A stretch of DNA of 64,000 nucleotides from positions 7,957,957 to 8,021,956 of the forward strand of contig MU053881.1 of assembly GCA_013239625.1 (NCBI GenBank), given 5' to 3'. The notes below the pieces were generated by a model. It saw nothing but the letters and a program-made list of their open reading frames with translations. It was not told the DNA's origin and searched no databases. This DNA comes from Lama guanicoe. Its lineage: Eukaryota. The stretch's first letter is position 1; each line of letters opens with the position of its first letter. Shown one piece after another: positions 24,201 through 36,700 of the stretch. The position numbers and the translations under genes were made by a program.

Positions 24201-27200
24201 GTCCGCTGGCGTTTCTCAGTTCTAAGCTTCAGAGTTCACTGGGACATGACGTGGTATAAAATTGGGGTGCAAAACATTAGAGCCAGGAAAGTCAGCTTCT
24301 TTGAATTATAAACCACGATCTCTTCGATCTCGCGTAGAGGACAGATCGTTTTGAAGGCATTTGGGAGTTTGTGACTGTTCTTTCTAAAGCCGAAATGAAT
24401 CAAGGAAAGGGCGCAGGGATGTGCCACTTTCAGCCACAACAGAGTGTTTTATTCTTCAAATGCATTTTCTGGTGACATTTTATTCCAGAGACAATCTGGA
24501 TGACTTTCCTTCTTGGAACTCTGAGAAACCAGAACCATCCCTATGTCCCAAGCGATTGCTAGAATTTATTACCGAGCGCTTCCACCTGGTTTTCAGCATG
24601 AACACGAGAGAGAGAGAATACGAGGAAATTGGTCCCAAATTCAGGGAAAGGTGATTACATGAAGGATAGAGCTCTGGTCTCTTATAGACGCCAAAGATAA
24701 GGCCAAAGAGGGGCTACAGGGGGCTGTGAAATGCCCAGGGCAAGTTCAGGTATGCAGGGAATACCATTTCCATGAACCTGACTTTGACCCGTAAGTCCCC
24801 ACCTTCCCCGGCTGGTTGAAAACTCCACACCAGTCCCTCTCTGGGTCTTCTCCCCTTCTCCCTTCCAGCATCCCTCACAGCAGGGTTAGGGGTTTGCATG
24901 GTGCGCCGTGCCTGGAAACAAAGGATGGCAGCACTGCCCCCCTCCCCTTAACCCTGGCCCACCGAGGTCCCTCGGTTTGCAGCAGCTCTGCTTTTTCTGA
25001 GTTTTGCTGAGAAAGGGAACTTTTGGCAAGGCTTCTGGACAGGCCACACAGCTGTGACTCCTGAGGTTTTCCCCCATCCCTGAGGCACAGCAGGGAGCAA
25101 GGGCCCTCCCAAATCTTTGGGCCCCATGCATAGCTTCCCCTCTTGAATGGCATTCCCCTCCGCAACCCTCCATGCCCTCAGGGATCCACACACCAGAGAT
25201 GCTGAGCACAGCTTTTCCCAGGGCACCATGTGAATGCTCAGGGCACCAGCTCCCAGGCCCTGTGTCCTAGAGAACACAGGCGTCACTCTTCAGGAAGGGG
25301 GTGGCAGATGTGCTATCCCTACTGTATGGGGTAGAAAGTTGGGTTCCCCTGGGATAGAAATAGGGAACCCCAGGAGGCTGAGGGTCTTTGTCAGGGAGGC
25401 AGTAGCTCCCTCCCTCCCACTGTGATTTCTTGAGGGGGCTCTCACCCTGCCTCACAGCTGTAAAGATGACCGGCTTGTACAGCAGACCTGCAGCAGTCAC
25501 CTGCTGGTCCTGGCACGGCTCAAAGGATCCTGAACTTGCCCAGACCATGAGCCACATCCTACCGTTCATCAGCTAGTCCCCTGCTCCGCCTGCCCACCTC
25601 CTGAGGCAGGCCTGGGTCTCAGTTGCTTCTGCATCCCAGGGGAGGCCATGAAAACACAGATGCCTGGGGCCCCTCACTCTCAGGAGCTCTCCTTCCTATC
25701 ACCCCTGCCTGGGAATTGGATGGACTGGCCTGATGCCAAATCTCTGCCCTGCCCGGAGTAATGTGACCACGTATGAAGGGCCATTTAAAAACCAGCTACT
25801 CTAACTTGCATCAGGTAAATTCCTGCCAGGCAAGAGTTGAAGGTCAGTATGAACAGAGTTCCTCATGGGTTTCTGAATTCACATTTTTAGAAGTCAACCA
25901 GTGGCATCCTGAAGGGCTTGGACCGTGTGGCCGAAGCCCCTGTGTATGTCGAAGCAAGTGGGGGTCGTTGAGCCATTGATGGATTCTCTTGCATAAGTCT
26001 TAAGTACCTAGGGAAGAATATTTCATTCATGTTCATTAAAAATGAAAATTTAGCTCCAGTCCTCCTCCTTCCCATCTCCCATCTGCTTAAAATGGAATCA
26101 TTTTATGTCACTCCGGTGTGAAATGGGAAAGGATATTTGTAGCTCAGATGTCCCCGTGTTGACGTCAGCCCAGGTAAATCATGTGTGTCTGGGGAGGAGG
26201 ACGGCCGGCTGGCCTCTGGAGGGGCTCTCTCTGCTTGCAGACCAGATGTCTCTGTGTTTGTTCCTCCATCTGAAAAGCGGAGGCCTCCCTAGAAGGGGAA
26301 CAGAAGTCTGTTCACTCCTGTTCCTTTCCCAGCTGCCCAGCCACACTGAGCTTCTCCGAGCGCCCTGGTGCTCGTGCTCTGTGCCTGGCGCTGCACTGAG
26401 TGTTTTCATGCGCCTTAATGATCTTGGCGGTCACCAGCTGAATGTTTGAGGGGAGGAAGGGTAGGGAGGGTGCGTATGGTTGGTCAAGAGGAGCCAGAAT
26501 GGATGCCCATTGCTGTAGGAAGTGGATTCAATTAACAGCCTTCCTCTGGGAAGTTAACCATAGTGCTCCAGCTCTGCACGAGAACAGAGGCCCAGATGTC
26601 CAATGTGTTTTGGCCTTGTGCTGGGGAGTTGGTCCGTGTGCAGAGTTGGCAGGTGCCAGCTTGATGCTGGTTTTGCCCGGTAAGCAGTTAACACCACCAA
26701 AAGGGGCAGGAGGCAGTGGGGAGCAAGGGAAGACAGGTCACCATTGGAGACTACAAGTTCCCAGTCCATTGGAACCATTTCCATCTGACTAATGAGAATC
26801 ATTTATTTTGCAAATGTGGCAAGCAGGCCCTCTCAGGGGACCAGTCTTCTTGACACGGATAATCCTCAATTTTCTGACAGTAGATTAGCCAAGTTTTTTT
26901 TTTTCCCTCCTAACCCCCTAAGACAATTCAAATCGTTTTCTTTCATCTCTTAATCATTGAGTACCCAGAGAAGAAAAACTAAGTTTAGCATTAGCTTGTG
27001 CAAACCGTGACTAGGTCTCATGTTCAGGAATGGGGGTGCGGAGTAGTTCATTTGACAGCAGATTAAGTGACGCTTGGAGTGTCTATCCTGTTGGATGATT
27101 CAAGTGGCTCATTTCCCCTGTCCTGCCCGCACTGCCCTTTTCAGCCCAGCCCGGAAGAGCTCCCTTTTGAACACTTTTCTGCGACGCATGCTGGAAAGTT

Positions 27201-27305
27201 CTGTGTGCTCTTACACCATGTTGGTCCGCTAGGTTGCACTGTCAGTATCAGGAGGTACAGCGTGCAGGCTGCAGGTGAGGGGCATGCGTAACAGGGGGGA
27301 CTCTG

Positions 27306-27725
27306 ATTTCCAGCAACGTGGATGGACCTAGAGATGATCATACTTAAGTGAAGTCAGTCAGGCACAGAAAGACAAAAATCATATGATATCACTTACATGT
27401 GGAATCTAAAGAAAGGACACAAATGATCTTATTTACAAAACAGAAACAGACTCACAAACATAGAAAGCAAATTTATGGTTACCAAAGGGGAAAGAGGGGA
27501 GGGAGGGATAAATTAGGCATTTGGAATTAGGAAACACAAACTACTATGTATAAAATAGATAAACAACAAGGTCCTACTGAATAGCAGTGGGGACTATATT
27601 CAATAGCTTGTAATAACCTATAATGGAAAAGAATACAAAAAAAAGTGTGTGTATAACTGAATCACTATATTGTACACCAGAACCTAACACAACATTGTAA
27701 ATCAACTCGACTTCAATAAAAAAGG
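27306..27725 (+). mobile_element. 5'-truncated LINE-1 3' end, apparently inserted in a MIR
   Basis: GCAACGTGGATGGACCTAGAGATGATCATACT...ATGATATCACTTACATGTGGAATCTAAA...GGTTACCAAAGGGGAAAG...CTTCAATAAAAAA. MIR sequence continues at ~27740-27940. Confidence 0.9.
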
Positions 27726-28605
27726 AAAAGGATGGAGCTCCTAAGTAAGATTGGTTTCAATCTTGCCTCTGTCCCCTACCAACTACGGGATCTTGAGCAG
27801 GGCACCAGATTTCTCAGTTACCTCATGTAAAAATGGGGTGAATAATAGCTCCTAACTTAGAGGCTTGTTTTAAGCATTAAATAAGACATGTGCAAAGTAG
27901 AAAGCCTGGTGAAGCTTACTAGCACTGAATGTTACTGTTCTGTTCATCACCATTTTGACCAGGGGATGGACAGGCTGTTAATCTTAGGGGCAAGATTTGG
28001 GTGGGTGTGTAAACAATCTGGTTGGGCGTGGGAGGAGACCGAGATGGACCCATAAGTGAATCCTAGGATGGTGCCTTTCAGCCTTGCAGGGTCCAAGCAA
28101 GTTCCAGGTGAGAAAGTGTGGAAAATAAAGGTAGAGGGCCATGTAAAATTCAGGGCTCTTTTTTTGTTAAGTCCAGAAGATGCCTTTGGATTTGCTCTAG
28201 GTCCCAGGAAGCCCTGAAAGAGGTTCTTAACCAGCATCACACCCCTCCTAGCACCCAGGGTCCCCTTTGCCCCGTTCGTTCTTCAGGGTCGTGAATCTTA
28301 CAGCCGGTGGGTTCTGGAGCCTTCCGAGGGGATCACACAGCCTTCTGACTCCTGCACCTCTGGGACAAGGAGGTCTGTGGGCAGCTGGGAAAACGCTTTT
28401 CTTCTCCTGCGTCTCCTCCCAGAGCCACACAGCTAGCCTGCTAGGGGCCAATCAGAACAAGAAGCCCAGCCTCTGATGTCTCCTCCATGTCCCCCAGCGC
28501 GACCCCAGGCACCCTTCTATCCTAGCTGATTCCAGAAACCCCGCTCCATCAGCTGCTGCTAGAAGCTCACAGTCCATAAATTCTGTGCTTTGCTTTTATT
28601 TACAT

Positions 28606-28617
28606 TGTCACGTGACA
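28606..28617. promoter_or_regulatory. Perfect CLEAR/USF-type E-box palindrome TGTCACGTGACA
   Basis: Exact GTCACGTGAC at 28607-28616 in locally CpG-rich unique sequence; function is inferred. Confidence 0.45.
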
Positions 28618-29727
28618 TCCAGAGGAATCCCGGGGCTTTGCCCGAGTGGGACGACGCCGGGCGGTTTGGTCGTGTTCTCATCTGGCTCTGTCATCGGTGT
28701 AGCACCAGGCAGGCACCGCCCGGGGCGGAGGGAGGGTTTCCATGCCAGGCATCACTTTTCCTTGTCTTTATTTTCTGACTTTCATCATTTAGTCAGGATA
28801 TTTTTTTTTTCTTGGTCACTTAGAAAGTAGATGAGAAAACAAAAACCCTTTGCCACCAGTCTTAGTGAGGAGGCAGAAAAGCACGCAGTCACCAGAAATG
28901 GAACGTCCCTCTGCGACGAGAGCGCATGCACAACAGGTCGCGAGGGCACCTCCAGCTGGTGGAGGGAGATGGCCTTCCTAGGGGATTTGGTTATCTGACC
29001 TTTCACCTCCTGCCGCCTCCTTCTCCACATCTGTGGGGTGGCTTCCTGTGTGTGGCCTGCTTCGAAAGGGTTAGGGGAGGAGTCTCTGGGAAAGCACGGG
29101 AGGATCCTTGCAGGCGGGCACCACGCACGAGCCTGCGTGAAGGTAGACTAATGCGTGCATCGCCGCTCACCCCGCCCCGGGAGCCTGGACCAGCGCGCGG
29201 AGCCGAGTCCCGCCTGGTCCCCTCCACCTGTCGGCGGCTCCCCAAGGACCTGGACGTCCTGCACTTGTCTGATGTGTCAGGTTTCCTCAATCCCTTAGGA
29301 GATGGAGAGGAAAGGTGTCTTTTCGGTTGGGGAGAGAATATAAATCTCTAAATGTCAGACCTGAGGCTTAGAATAAGCCCAGAAGGACCGTTTTCATCTG
29401 GGGTCTGATGGAGCCGCATGGGTTTCCCGGCCTCTAAACACCCACCTCCTGCAGCCCCGGCAGCTGACCCTCCTTGAGACCCTCCTGCACTTGTCACCCT
29501 TTCCAACCCAGAGAACGCTTTGAAGCTCACGCGGGGCTCTGGTGGTCATTGTTCTGCCCGTCAAGAGCCTTGGCTAAGACCCCCCCCCTGGCATTTTCTG
29601 GTACGAGGGGGACACTATATCAACCCCCACAAAGTGGAGAAGCTCATGACCCTGGGATACGAAACTGCTGCAGTAATCCTGGGAGGCAGCCGCTAGAAAA
29701 TACGTTCCAAGGAGTATTCAGCCGTCA

Positions 29728-29969
29728 AAAGTGGTATTTCTCAAACTGCGTTCCTCGGAACCCTGAGGTTCCCTGCACTATGTGAGGGACTGAGGCAGCA
29801 GGCAAGGGTCCGGGAGGAAACAGAAGCCCAGTGGGCAAGGCTCCAGGCCTTCCGCCTCCAGCCCAGAACGTCTGTTTTCACCCGTTCTTTATGCCATGGC
29901 TCTGCATACTACCTCATTGACAGAAGGTTCCACTGCTTTGAAAAAAAAAAAAGAGTTTGAAGACCACTG
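29728..29969. mobile_element. hAT-Charlie-type MITE (family uncertain)
   Basis: Ends AGTGGTATTTCTCAAACT and AGTTTGAAGACCACTG form an imperfect Charlie-like terminal inverted repeat. Confidence 0.55.
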
Positions 29970-30069
29970 ACTGATTTAGAGGTTCTATCCGCAGGAGTCA
30001 AGCTATAATTATATCCACAGGAAAAAATAAATAAAAACCCATTTACAAATCCAGCTTAATTAGCCCTTG

Positions 30070-30400
30070 CAAAAAGTGAAAGCAAACCTCAGCAGAATTC
30101 TGCAGGGTTCTGAGTCATCATAACTCTGTTTTCCCTTTCGGATGGAGCTGAGGGTCCTCGCATCTGTCATCAGGCCCCCTGCTCCTGACTCACAAGGTCG
30201 CCTCGCGCTGCGTGGGAGTGACTTCCATGCACGCCGGCTGGAAAGGGAGTAAAGTCGAAAACTCTTTGCCAGCCCCTCATAAAGCGTCTGAAGAAAATGC
30301 AGGGGGTCACTCTCTTTTCTGCAAGGGGCAACTGCTCAGCCAATGAATGGTGGCCCAGGAGAGGGGGGAGGGCGGGGGGGGGCAGGTCCAGAGGCAAATG
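30070..30400. promoter_or_regulatory. Candidate promoter/enhancer (IRF, 2x AP-1, CCAAT, GC box)
   Basis: AAAAGTGAAAGC 30072-30083, TGAGTCA 30111, TGACTCA 30186, CCAAT 30340, GGGCGG 30370, all in non-repeat sequence. Confidence 0.4.
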
Positions 30401-31099
30401 CAATGGCTTTGGGCCAAAAGGTAAAATGCACGTTTTTCAGGAAAATGAGAGAAATTTGCCCGAGGCAGGTCCTACTTGCACACTGAGTTCTTATATGGGC
30501 CCTTTTATATTGCTGTTTGCTTTCCTTTTAAATAAAAAATGAGTCTGCCAGCCCGGGGCCTCTCAGGTCCTGAAAGGCTCTGCACAGCAGCGTTGCCCCA
30601 CCCCCACTCCCAGGCTCCTGGGTCAGGCAGCTGGGAGTTGCAAAGGCAGAGTAAGAGGGAAATGGTGGGGGGTGGGGGTGGGGGGGCAGGCAACAGTCTG
30701 GGCTGCGCTTGCAGGGTGAGGGCCGGGCGGGGGTGGCCCCTCTGAGAAAGGGGCTTTCTCCTCTCAGGTTTCCGGGACAGGCTCTTAAAAACATCTGCCT
30801 GCTACAAAGGCTACTACAGAGGGTGTTCCTCGGGTCCCGGGCAAAATCTACAGAGGAGGGCGAGCCTCTTCCTGGTTCTCCCTCCAGATCATCATGGAAC
30901 TCTATTTCCCCCAACCTGGCTACAGGTTGGCTGCTGGAACACAAAGCCAAGGTGGACAGCCATGGTTTATGATGCCCACGATCCAGCCCCAGCACCTGGG
31001 GCACTGTGTCTGTGCTGAGCCTGGGGCTGCGGGCCCCCTGCTCCCTTCACTGCCAGGCAGGTGGCAGGGCCAGGCTGTCACATGCTGGTGAGAGCAAGA

Positions 31100-31575
31100 G
31101 CCTTGGAGCAGTTCAGATCCCAGCCCTACTGCTCCTTCCTTTTGAACCCTCTGAGTCTCAGCTTCTTCTGCTCTAAAATGAGGATACAAGTGACACCTGC
31201 TTTGTAAGTCTTTTGGAGGGATGCGAGAAGACTCAGCTCAGTCCCCGGCACATAGTACCCACTCACGTAAACACCCGCCATTGTTAGTGCACTCAGAGGT
31301 TCCTGCTGAGAAGCAAGCACTTTAGTACAGTGTTTAGTAAAGGCACGTGCTTTGCAATAGCAAAGATCTGGGTTCCGGGCTCAGCTGTGCCAATTGCTGG
31401 CTGTGTGGTTTTTGATACATCCCCTGACCTCTCTGAGCTTCTTTGTCCCTGTTTGCAGCATGAAGATGATCATGCCCATCTCACAAGGCAGCGGTGACAA
31501 ATGAAAAGGGATAGTGCAAATAAGTACTTGGCACAGGGCTTGGCACTGACCAGCAAACAGTCTATAAATGACAGG
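31100..31575 (+). mobile_element. Two tandem MIR copies
   Basis: CTCTGAGTCTCAGCTTCTTCTGCTCTAAAATGAGGAT (~31150) and CTGGGTTCCGGGCTCAGCTGTGCC...CTCTCTGAGCTT...GCACAGGGCTTGGCAC (~31370-31550). Confidence 0.6.
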
Positions 31576-34575
31576 TACCCTCATTAACGCCAGCCCTCAC
31601 ATCCAGCATTCTCCACGGAAAATTGAATTGTGTGCTTTCCTGAAGCCTCCTCAGAGCATGTTCTCCAGACTGAACCAGTGGTCAGCTGACGGACCAAAGC
31701 ACTGATCCACCTGAGAGGGACCCTATCCCTGGTCCCCTTGCCTCTCCTTTTGAAGCCAGGCTGGCTGCTCAGGCTCCTGCCTGGGGCAGGAACTTAATTG
31801 TAAACTTGTTGATTCTAATCAAATTTAATGAGGATAATGCTCTTAAGGCTGCCAGGTGATGGCACTGAAGAGATGGAGAGAGATGAGGACCAGAAAGGAA
31901 AGGGAAATTGAAGACACCGGATTTCACGGGACCTGAGTCATTTAAGACAAAACGGAACAAAAATGTCTAACATGAAAACAAAGGCTTTCCTTGAACGTTT
32001 GGGAGCTGGGACTGGTGTTTCTCGCCTTGTCCCACCCTCTCCGGTCCCCCTTTGGTCTCTGCTTTGTTGACTGGTGGAGGAGGGGCTGTGGGAGAAGAGT
32101 CGTGGGAGGGGAGGTGCTCTTGACCGAGAAGCCCGCAAGGCCACAGCTCTCAGGGCAGAACATGGACCTCCTGGCGGCCCTGCCTGGAGACCCATCTCTG
32201 CTTCCTGGGACTGTGGTCAGTTCCCTGGGCCAGCCCATCGCCTTCACATCTTTAGGGAAAGGCGCTTAGGATCCCCTGGCTTGGTCCGAGAACAGGAGCT
32301 TGACACTGTTCTGAACCCACAGACGGGGGAGGCGGCTGTGGGGCCTTTATGAAGTGGGTCTGGACTTCCCAGTCTCCTCGTTTTTACCTCCTGACTGCTG
32401 TGGGCCAGCTACATATTTACCCACAGAACTGGTAACAATAAAAGGGACCTCAAAGGACGTTGCGCCTGACCCCAGCACTTCCAGGAAAAGGAAATCAAAC
32501 CCGGGCAGGTGAATAACTTGTCCCAGGTCCCTCCCCAGGTGTCTGGCGTCCCCGAGCTGGAACTCCATGTCCCTCAGCTGATCACCCGTTCCTTCGCCCC
32601 TTTCCTCCCGTCCTCCCGTTTGAGTGGCGCACTGGGGGCAGGGAGTACCCCTTCCTCTTCCAGGTCTTTTCTCTGCTGCTTTGCCTCAGTTTGTACCTGC
32701 CTTTTCTCTCCTTGCAGGTGATAGTTGCAACTCAGACTTCCCTAGCTGTTTTTGGGTTTAGATAGCTCGCCGTAGAACTCTGGGAATTAAATTAGATGCA
32801 GAGTCTGTGACTTGTGCCCACAGCCTTCCCCTGGTTGGGCTGTCCTTTTTACTGACCCTGGGGAGGGGGACAAGTGGGGCAAATCCCACAGGAGGTTTGC
32901 CAGAAGTCTCTCTGCTGGATTCTTAGCAGATTCCTTTCAAGTAGCGAAACCTGAGTTGGCAGCTCGTCTTCTGTTTGGTAGAATTGCTTGGGTTTGTTCC
33001 CTCATACTTTCATTCTCTGCAAACATTGTTTTGGAAAATCAATTTCTGAAATTTTTTGTTACTAATAAGAATTGTATTTTGTGAGAATTTTTTGCCAAAA
33101 AAAAGGAAAAAAAAACCCACAAAAAGATCATTTCTTAAAGATGTATACATACCGTATTCAGTCATGAATGGGTATGCCTGGTTTTCATGGCTTTCTTTCT
33201 ATGCTGTTTTGCAAAGCTTCCCTGCATTCAGCTTAGCTTTCTAATAAAAAAACGTGAATTCAGTTGTGTGTCTCTGAGGCAAATCAGTTCAGTGCCGGGG
33301 CTGAGACTGGAGATGTAAGTGGCCGATAACGCGGAGAGCGGGACTTTGCTTCAGCAGGATTTGTTAATGAAAATAAATCCAGAAAGTTTGGCTTTCTGAA
33401 GGGAACGAGGAGGACAAACGGCTGACAGGGCTGAGATGGGGAGCGCCAGATAGATTCCAGGAGAGAGCTAGTGCATTCTTTTCTCTGGAGGCAAAATCCA
33501 GGAAGGCTTTTGTGGCTCAATTCTTGCCCCGCTGGCCCCAGAGGGCTAAGTCTCCTGGTTAATCCTCCTCCAGCCTGCTCCAGCCTCCCAAAGCAAGGTC
33601 TGTGAAGGCCTGCCGTCCAGGTTAAGTTTAAATCCCAGAATGTGTGTGTGCTGAGGAGCGAGTTAATTACACCCTTAAGCATCTGGGGGTGAAGTTTGCT
33701 TTAAGTTAGAGTTTCCAGTCTCTCTGGGTGCGTCCTGCTCTGGGTTGCTATTTTCCAGAAGCTATTCTGAGAAAGTGGCCAGGAAGCCAGACACCCCTCC
33801 TTCTGTGTCCTGTGGCTCCCCAGTGGCCAGGAAGCCCATGGATAGAGCTGTAGCTGAGACCCAAGGTTCTGGATCACTCCTTGCCAGCCAGGTCACGTGC
33901 CCTAGGCAAGCCCGTTCTGTCCTCGGGAAACTGAGTGTTGTCTGTGATCCCTTCCAAATACACAGTGGTAGAATGCTAGGGCTTTGGCAAATTGTATACC
34001 CACGTCACTGAGAGAGAGAGGAAAACCAGGTCGTGTTGTTAAAGGAGCGATGCGGCGGAGAGATACCTTGGAGTGACCAACCGTCCCAGTTTGTCTGGGA
34101 CTGAAGCACCTCCTGGGACATAGGACTTTCTGTCTTAAAACCAGGGAAGTTCTGGACAAAACAGTGATCCTAGGTGCACTTACAGCGCCCGGCAGCAGCC
34201 TCCCTGACACCTTAAAATAGATGTGGGGTAGGGGAAGCCCAGCCTCGAGGGGATTTCTAGCCCAGCGGGCTTTCTGATGGAGCCTGGTGGTGGGAATGAG
34301 GCTGGAAGGTGCCAACAACTGCTTTCCTCAAAAGGCAGCACCTTCAACTTTGGTTGCCATGTTTAACCTGCTTCTCTGTGTCACTTCGGGCTGCTGTTGA
34401 ACGGATATGAAACTCACAGAACATGGAAGGAAGCAGGAGCTTGCGAGGATTTTCAGTGCACCCCTGCCCCCTCCACCACCAAAAAAGGGGAAAAAAAATC
34501 ATCTGTTTATTTTGTAAGAAATCCTTTCATCCTCTCTCCCTGCTCGGAGAACGGAAGCTCCCTCTCTAATGGATA

Positions 34576-34594
34576 GGCTGCCACCTCGTGGCCG
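34576..34594 (-). promoter_or_regulatory. Candidate CTCF site
   Basis: The minus strand reads CGGCCACGAGGTGGCAGCC, a close match to the CTCF core GGCCAS-AGRKGGCRS. Confidence 0.55.
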
Positions 34595-34789
34595 TAAGGG
34601 GGAATGTGGGCAAGTGCAGGTAACCACGGAGAAGAAAACAGATGCCTCTGGGTTAAAAATCAATTCAGTTCCTACCCGGTCAGAGGCAACAAGCTAATGC
34701 TGTGTGGCCAAGGCTGTAATTACATTAACATGGGGAGAATGTGCCGTGGCACGTGATAAACAAACATGCCTAGCGCTTTGCAGGCAGTG

Positions 34790-34965
34790 TCTCCTAGACG
34801 GTTCCCAACAGCTCCGAGAGGCGGGTTTTATTATTATTACCCCCATTTTACAGATGAAGACACTGAGACTGAGAGGCTGTTACTTTTTTAAGGTGATGAA
34901 ACAAAGAGCTTAATTTTGAAACCAGGATAGTTTGGCCCTAAAGCTCATGGCCTTGACCACTTGGC
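34790..34965 (-). mobile_element. MIR SINE
   Basis: TTATTACCCCCATTTTACAGATGAAGACACTGAGACTGAGAG. Confidence 0.7.
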
Positions 34966-35309
34966 TGTACAGGAGGTAAGATTGGCGTGAACAGAAAACA
35001 GGGTGGCACAGGTAGTCTGCGTGGGAGAAGTAGGTCATCCTGCATGTATGGGAGGAAACCCACTTGATGGACGTAAAGGATGAAAGCAAGTCACAGAGTG
35101 GCTCTGATGTCAAGTGCAGTGGAATCCAGAGCAGAGGGAGCGAGAACTAGCGTTGTGGGAGCAGAGGTTAAGGGGGAAGGCAGGATCTGAAGCAGCCATT
35201 GAACGTAGGGATCAGATAAACAGAACAAGCTACAGCTTAGTGACCGGGAAGCGATGTGCTGGCAGTCTGTGCTTACTGAATATTAGCTTCTGTTAACAGT
35301 GTTTTCTAT

Positions 35310-35500
35310 TAGACCCACGCCAAGGGTTTATACATATCTCATTAATTTGCAGGAGCCCCGTGAGATCTATATTATTATGACACCACTTTAGAGGTGAGCC
35401 TCAGAGAAGTTGTCACTTACCTAAAGTTGTATGGATAAAAATTTTGTTAGAGTCACAACTGGAACCCAGGTCCTTCTGACTCAAAGCCTGTGCTAAAACC
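35310..35500 (-). mobile_element. MIR SINE
   Basis: ATCTCATTAAT...CCCCGTGAG...CTGGAACCCAGGTCCTTCTGACTCAAAGCCTGTGCT. Confidence 0.6.
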
Positions 35501-36160
35501 TCCACGTGTTTGCTGGTGGAGGAAAACAGGACTAGTGCGGACGCAGAGGGCAGGGCTCACACCTGCCTGGAAGGGTCAAGGTCACATAAGTGATAAAGGA
35601 GGGTTTGTGCAGGGGAGAGGTGGGCGAGGGCGCTGGGAACTGAGACAGCGGCAGGACTGCCAATGTTCTGGCTGATGAGTTTGTTGAAAGCCATCTCCCT
35701 CCAGCTCCCAGTGCGGGCTTAGAGCTACCTTTGCACTGCTGGGAGGGGAGGGGAGGACCAGGGAGCCCGAAAGAGAAGGCCCCCACCATCCAAGTGTCGA
35801 GGGGCCCTTACCCCCACCCCCAGGAAACGCAGAGGGATGACTCCGCCAGGGGTCCCTTGACCTCGGGCAAATTCATTCACCTCTCTTGGCCTCAGCTGCC
35901 TCCTCCCCTATTACATGGGCGTCACTACTATGGCTCTACGTCACGGGATTTACCTAAATAGCACGTAGCACTGTCGGAGGGGAAGTTGTGAGAATAAATG
36001 TAAGAGGAGACGTGGAAGAACTGAGCTCTAGGATGTTCTCTGATTTCCTGAACTGCACATATATGCTTTCTGCAGAAGACTTGGCATCAGCATGTTGTGG
36101 GGAGAATGTGAACGGGGTGTTTTCTTTGTGAGGTTGGACATCTCGTTGTAAAAGTCTTAC

Positions 36161-36700
36161 TGTGTTGGTTAGGTGCCTTTCAGTTACAAAGTTTTAGGAA
36201 AAATCAACCTACATTTACTTTAATAAAAGGGAAAAAAAGTGGATTGCCTCATGGATCTGAAAAGTCCGGGAGTCAGACGACCTGACCTGCAGGATGGTTT
36301 AATCAGGGATTCAGATGTGACCACCACACTTGGTTTCTCCCTCTCGCTTCCCTTCTGCCCTAATTTCCTCTGCATTGGCTCCACTTACAGACAAGCGCTT
36401 CCCTCACTGTGGCAAGATGGCCACCACAGCTCCAGACCTCACATCCCTCAGGTTCAAGTTGAGCAGACAATAATACCTGCCTTTGTCTTTGTTCCAGCAT
36501 TCCTGCAAACTCACCCCCTCCCACTGGTTCCAGCTGAGTCATGGCCGGAGGAATGAGAAGCTCTGATTGGCTCAGACCAGGGCCATGTGCTCTGCCCACT
36601 CGTGCACAGGACCTAAAATGCAGGGAAGATTGGCTCTGCATAAAACTTGGGGGGGGGGGTGTTGCAATTAAAAAACAAGGAAGGAAATGCTGGGGAAGTA
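36161..36700. mobile_element. Old MaLR solo LTR (MLT1-type)
   Basis: TGTGTTGGTTAGG...CTGAAAAGTCC...GTGGCAAGATGGCCACCACAGCTCCAGACCTCACATCC...CTGATTGGCTCAG...AAATGCTGGG. Confidence 0.6.
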
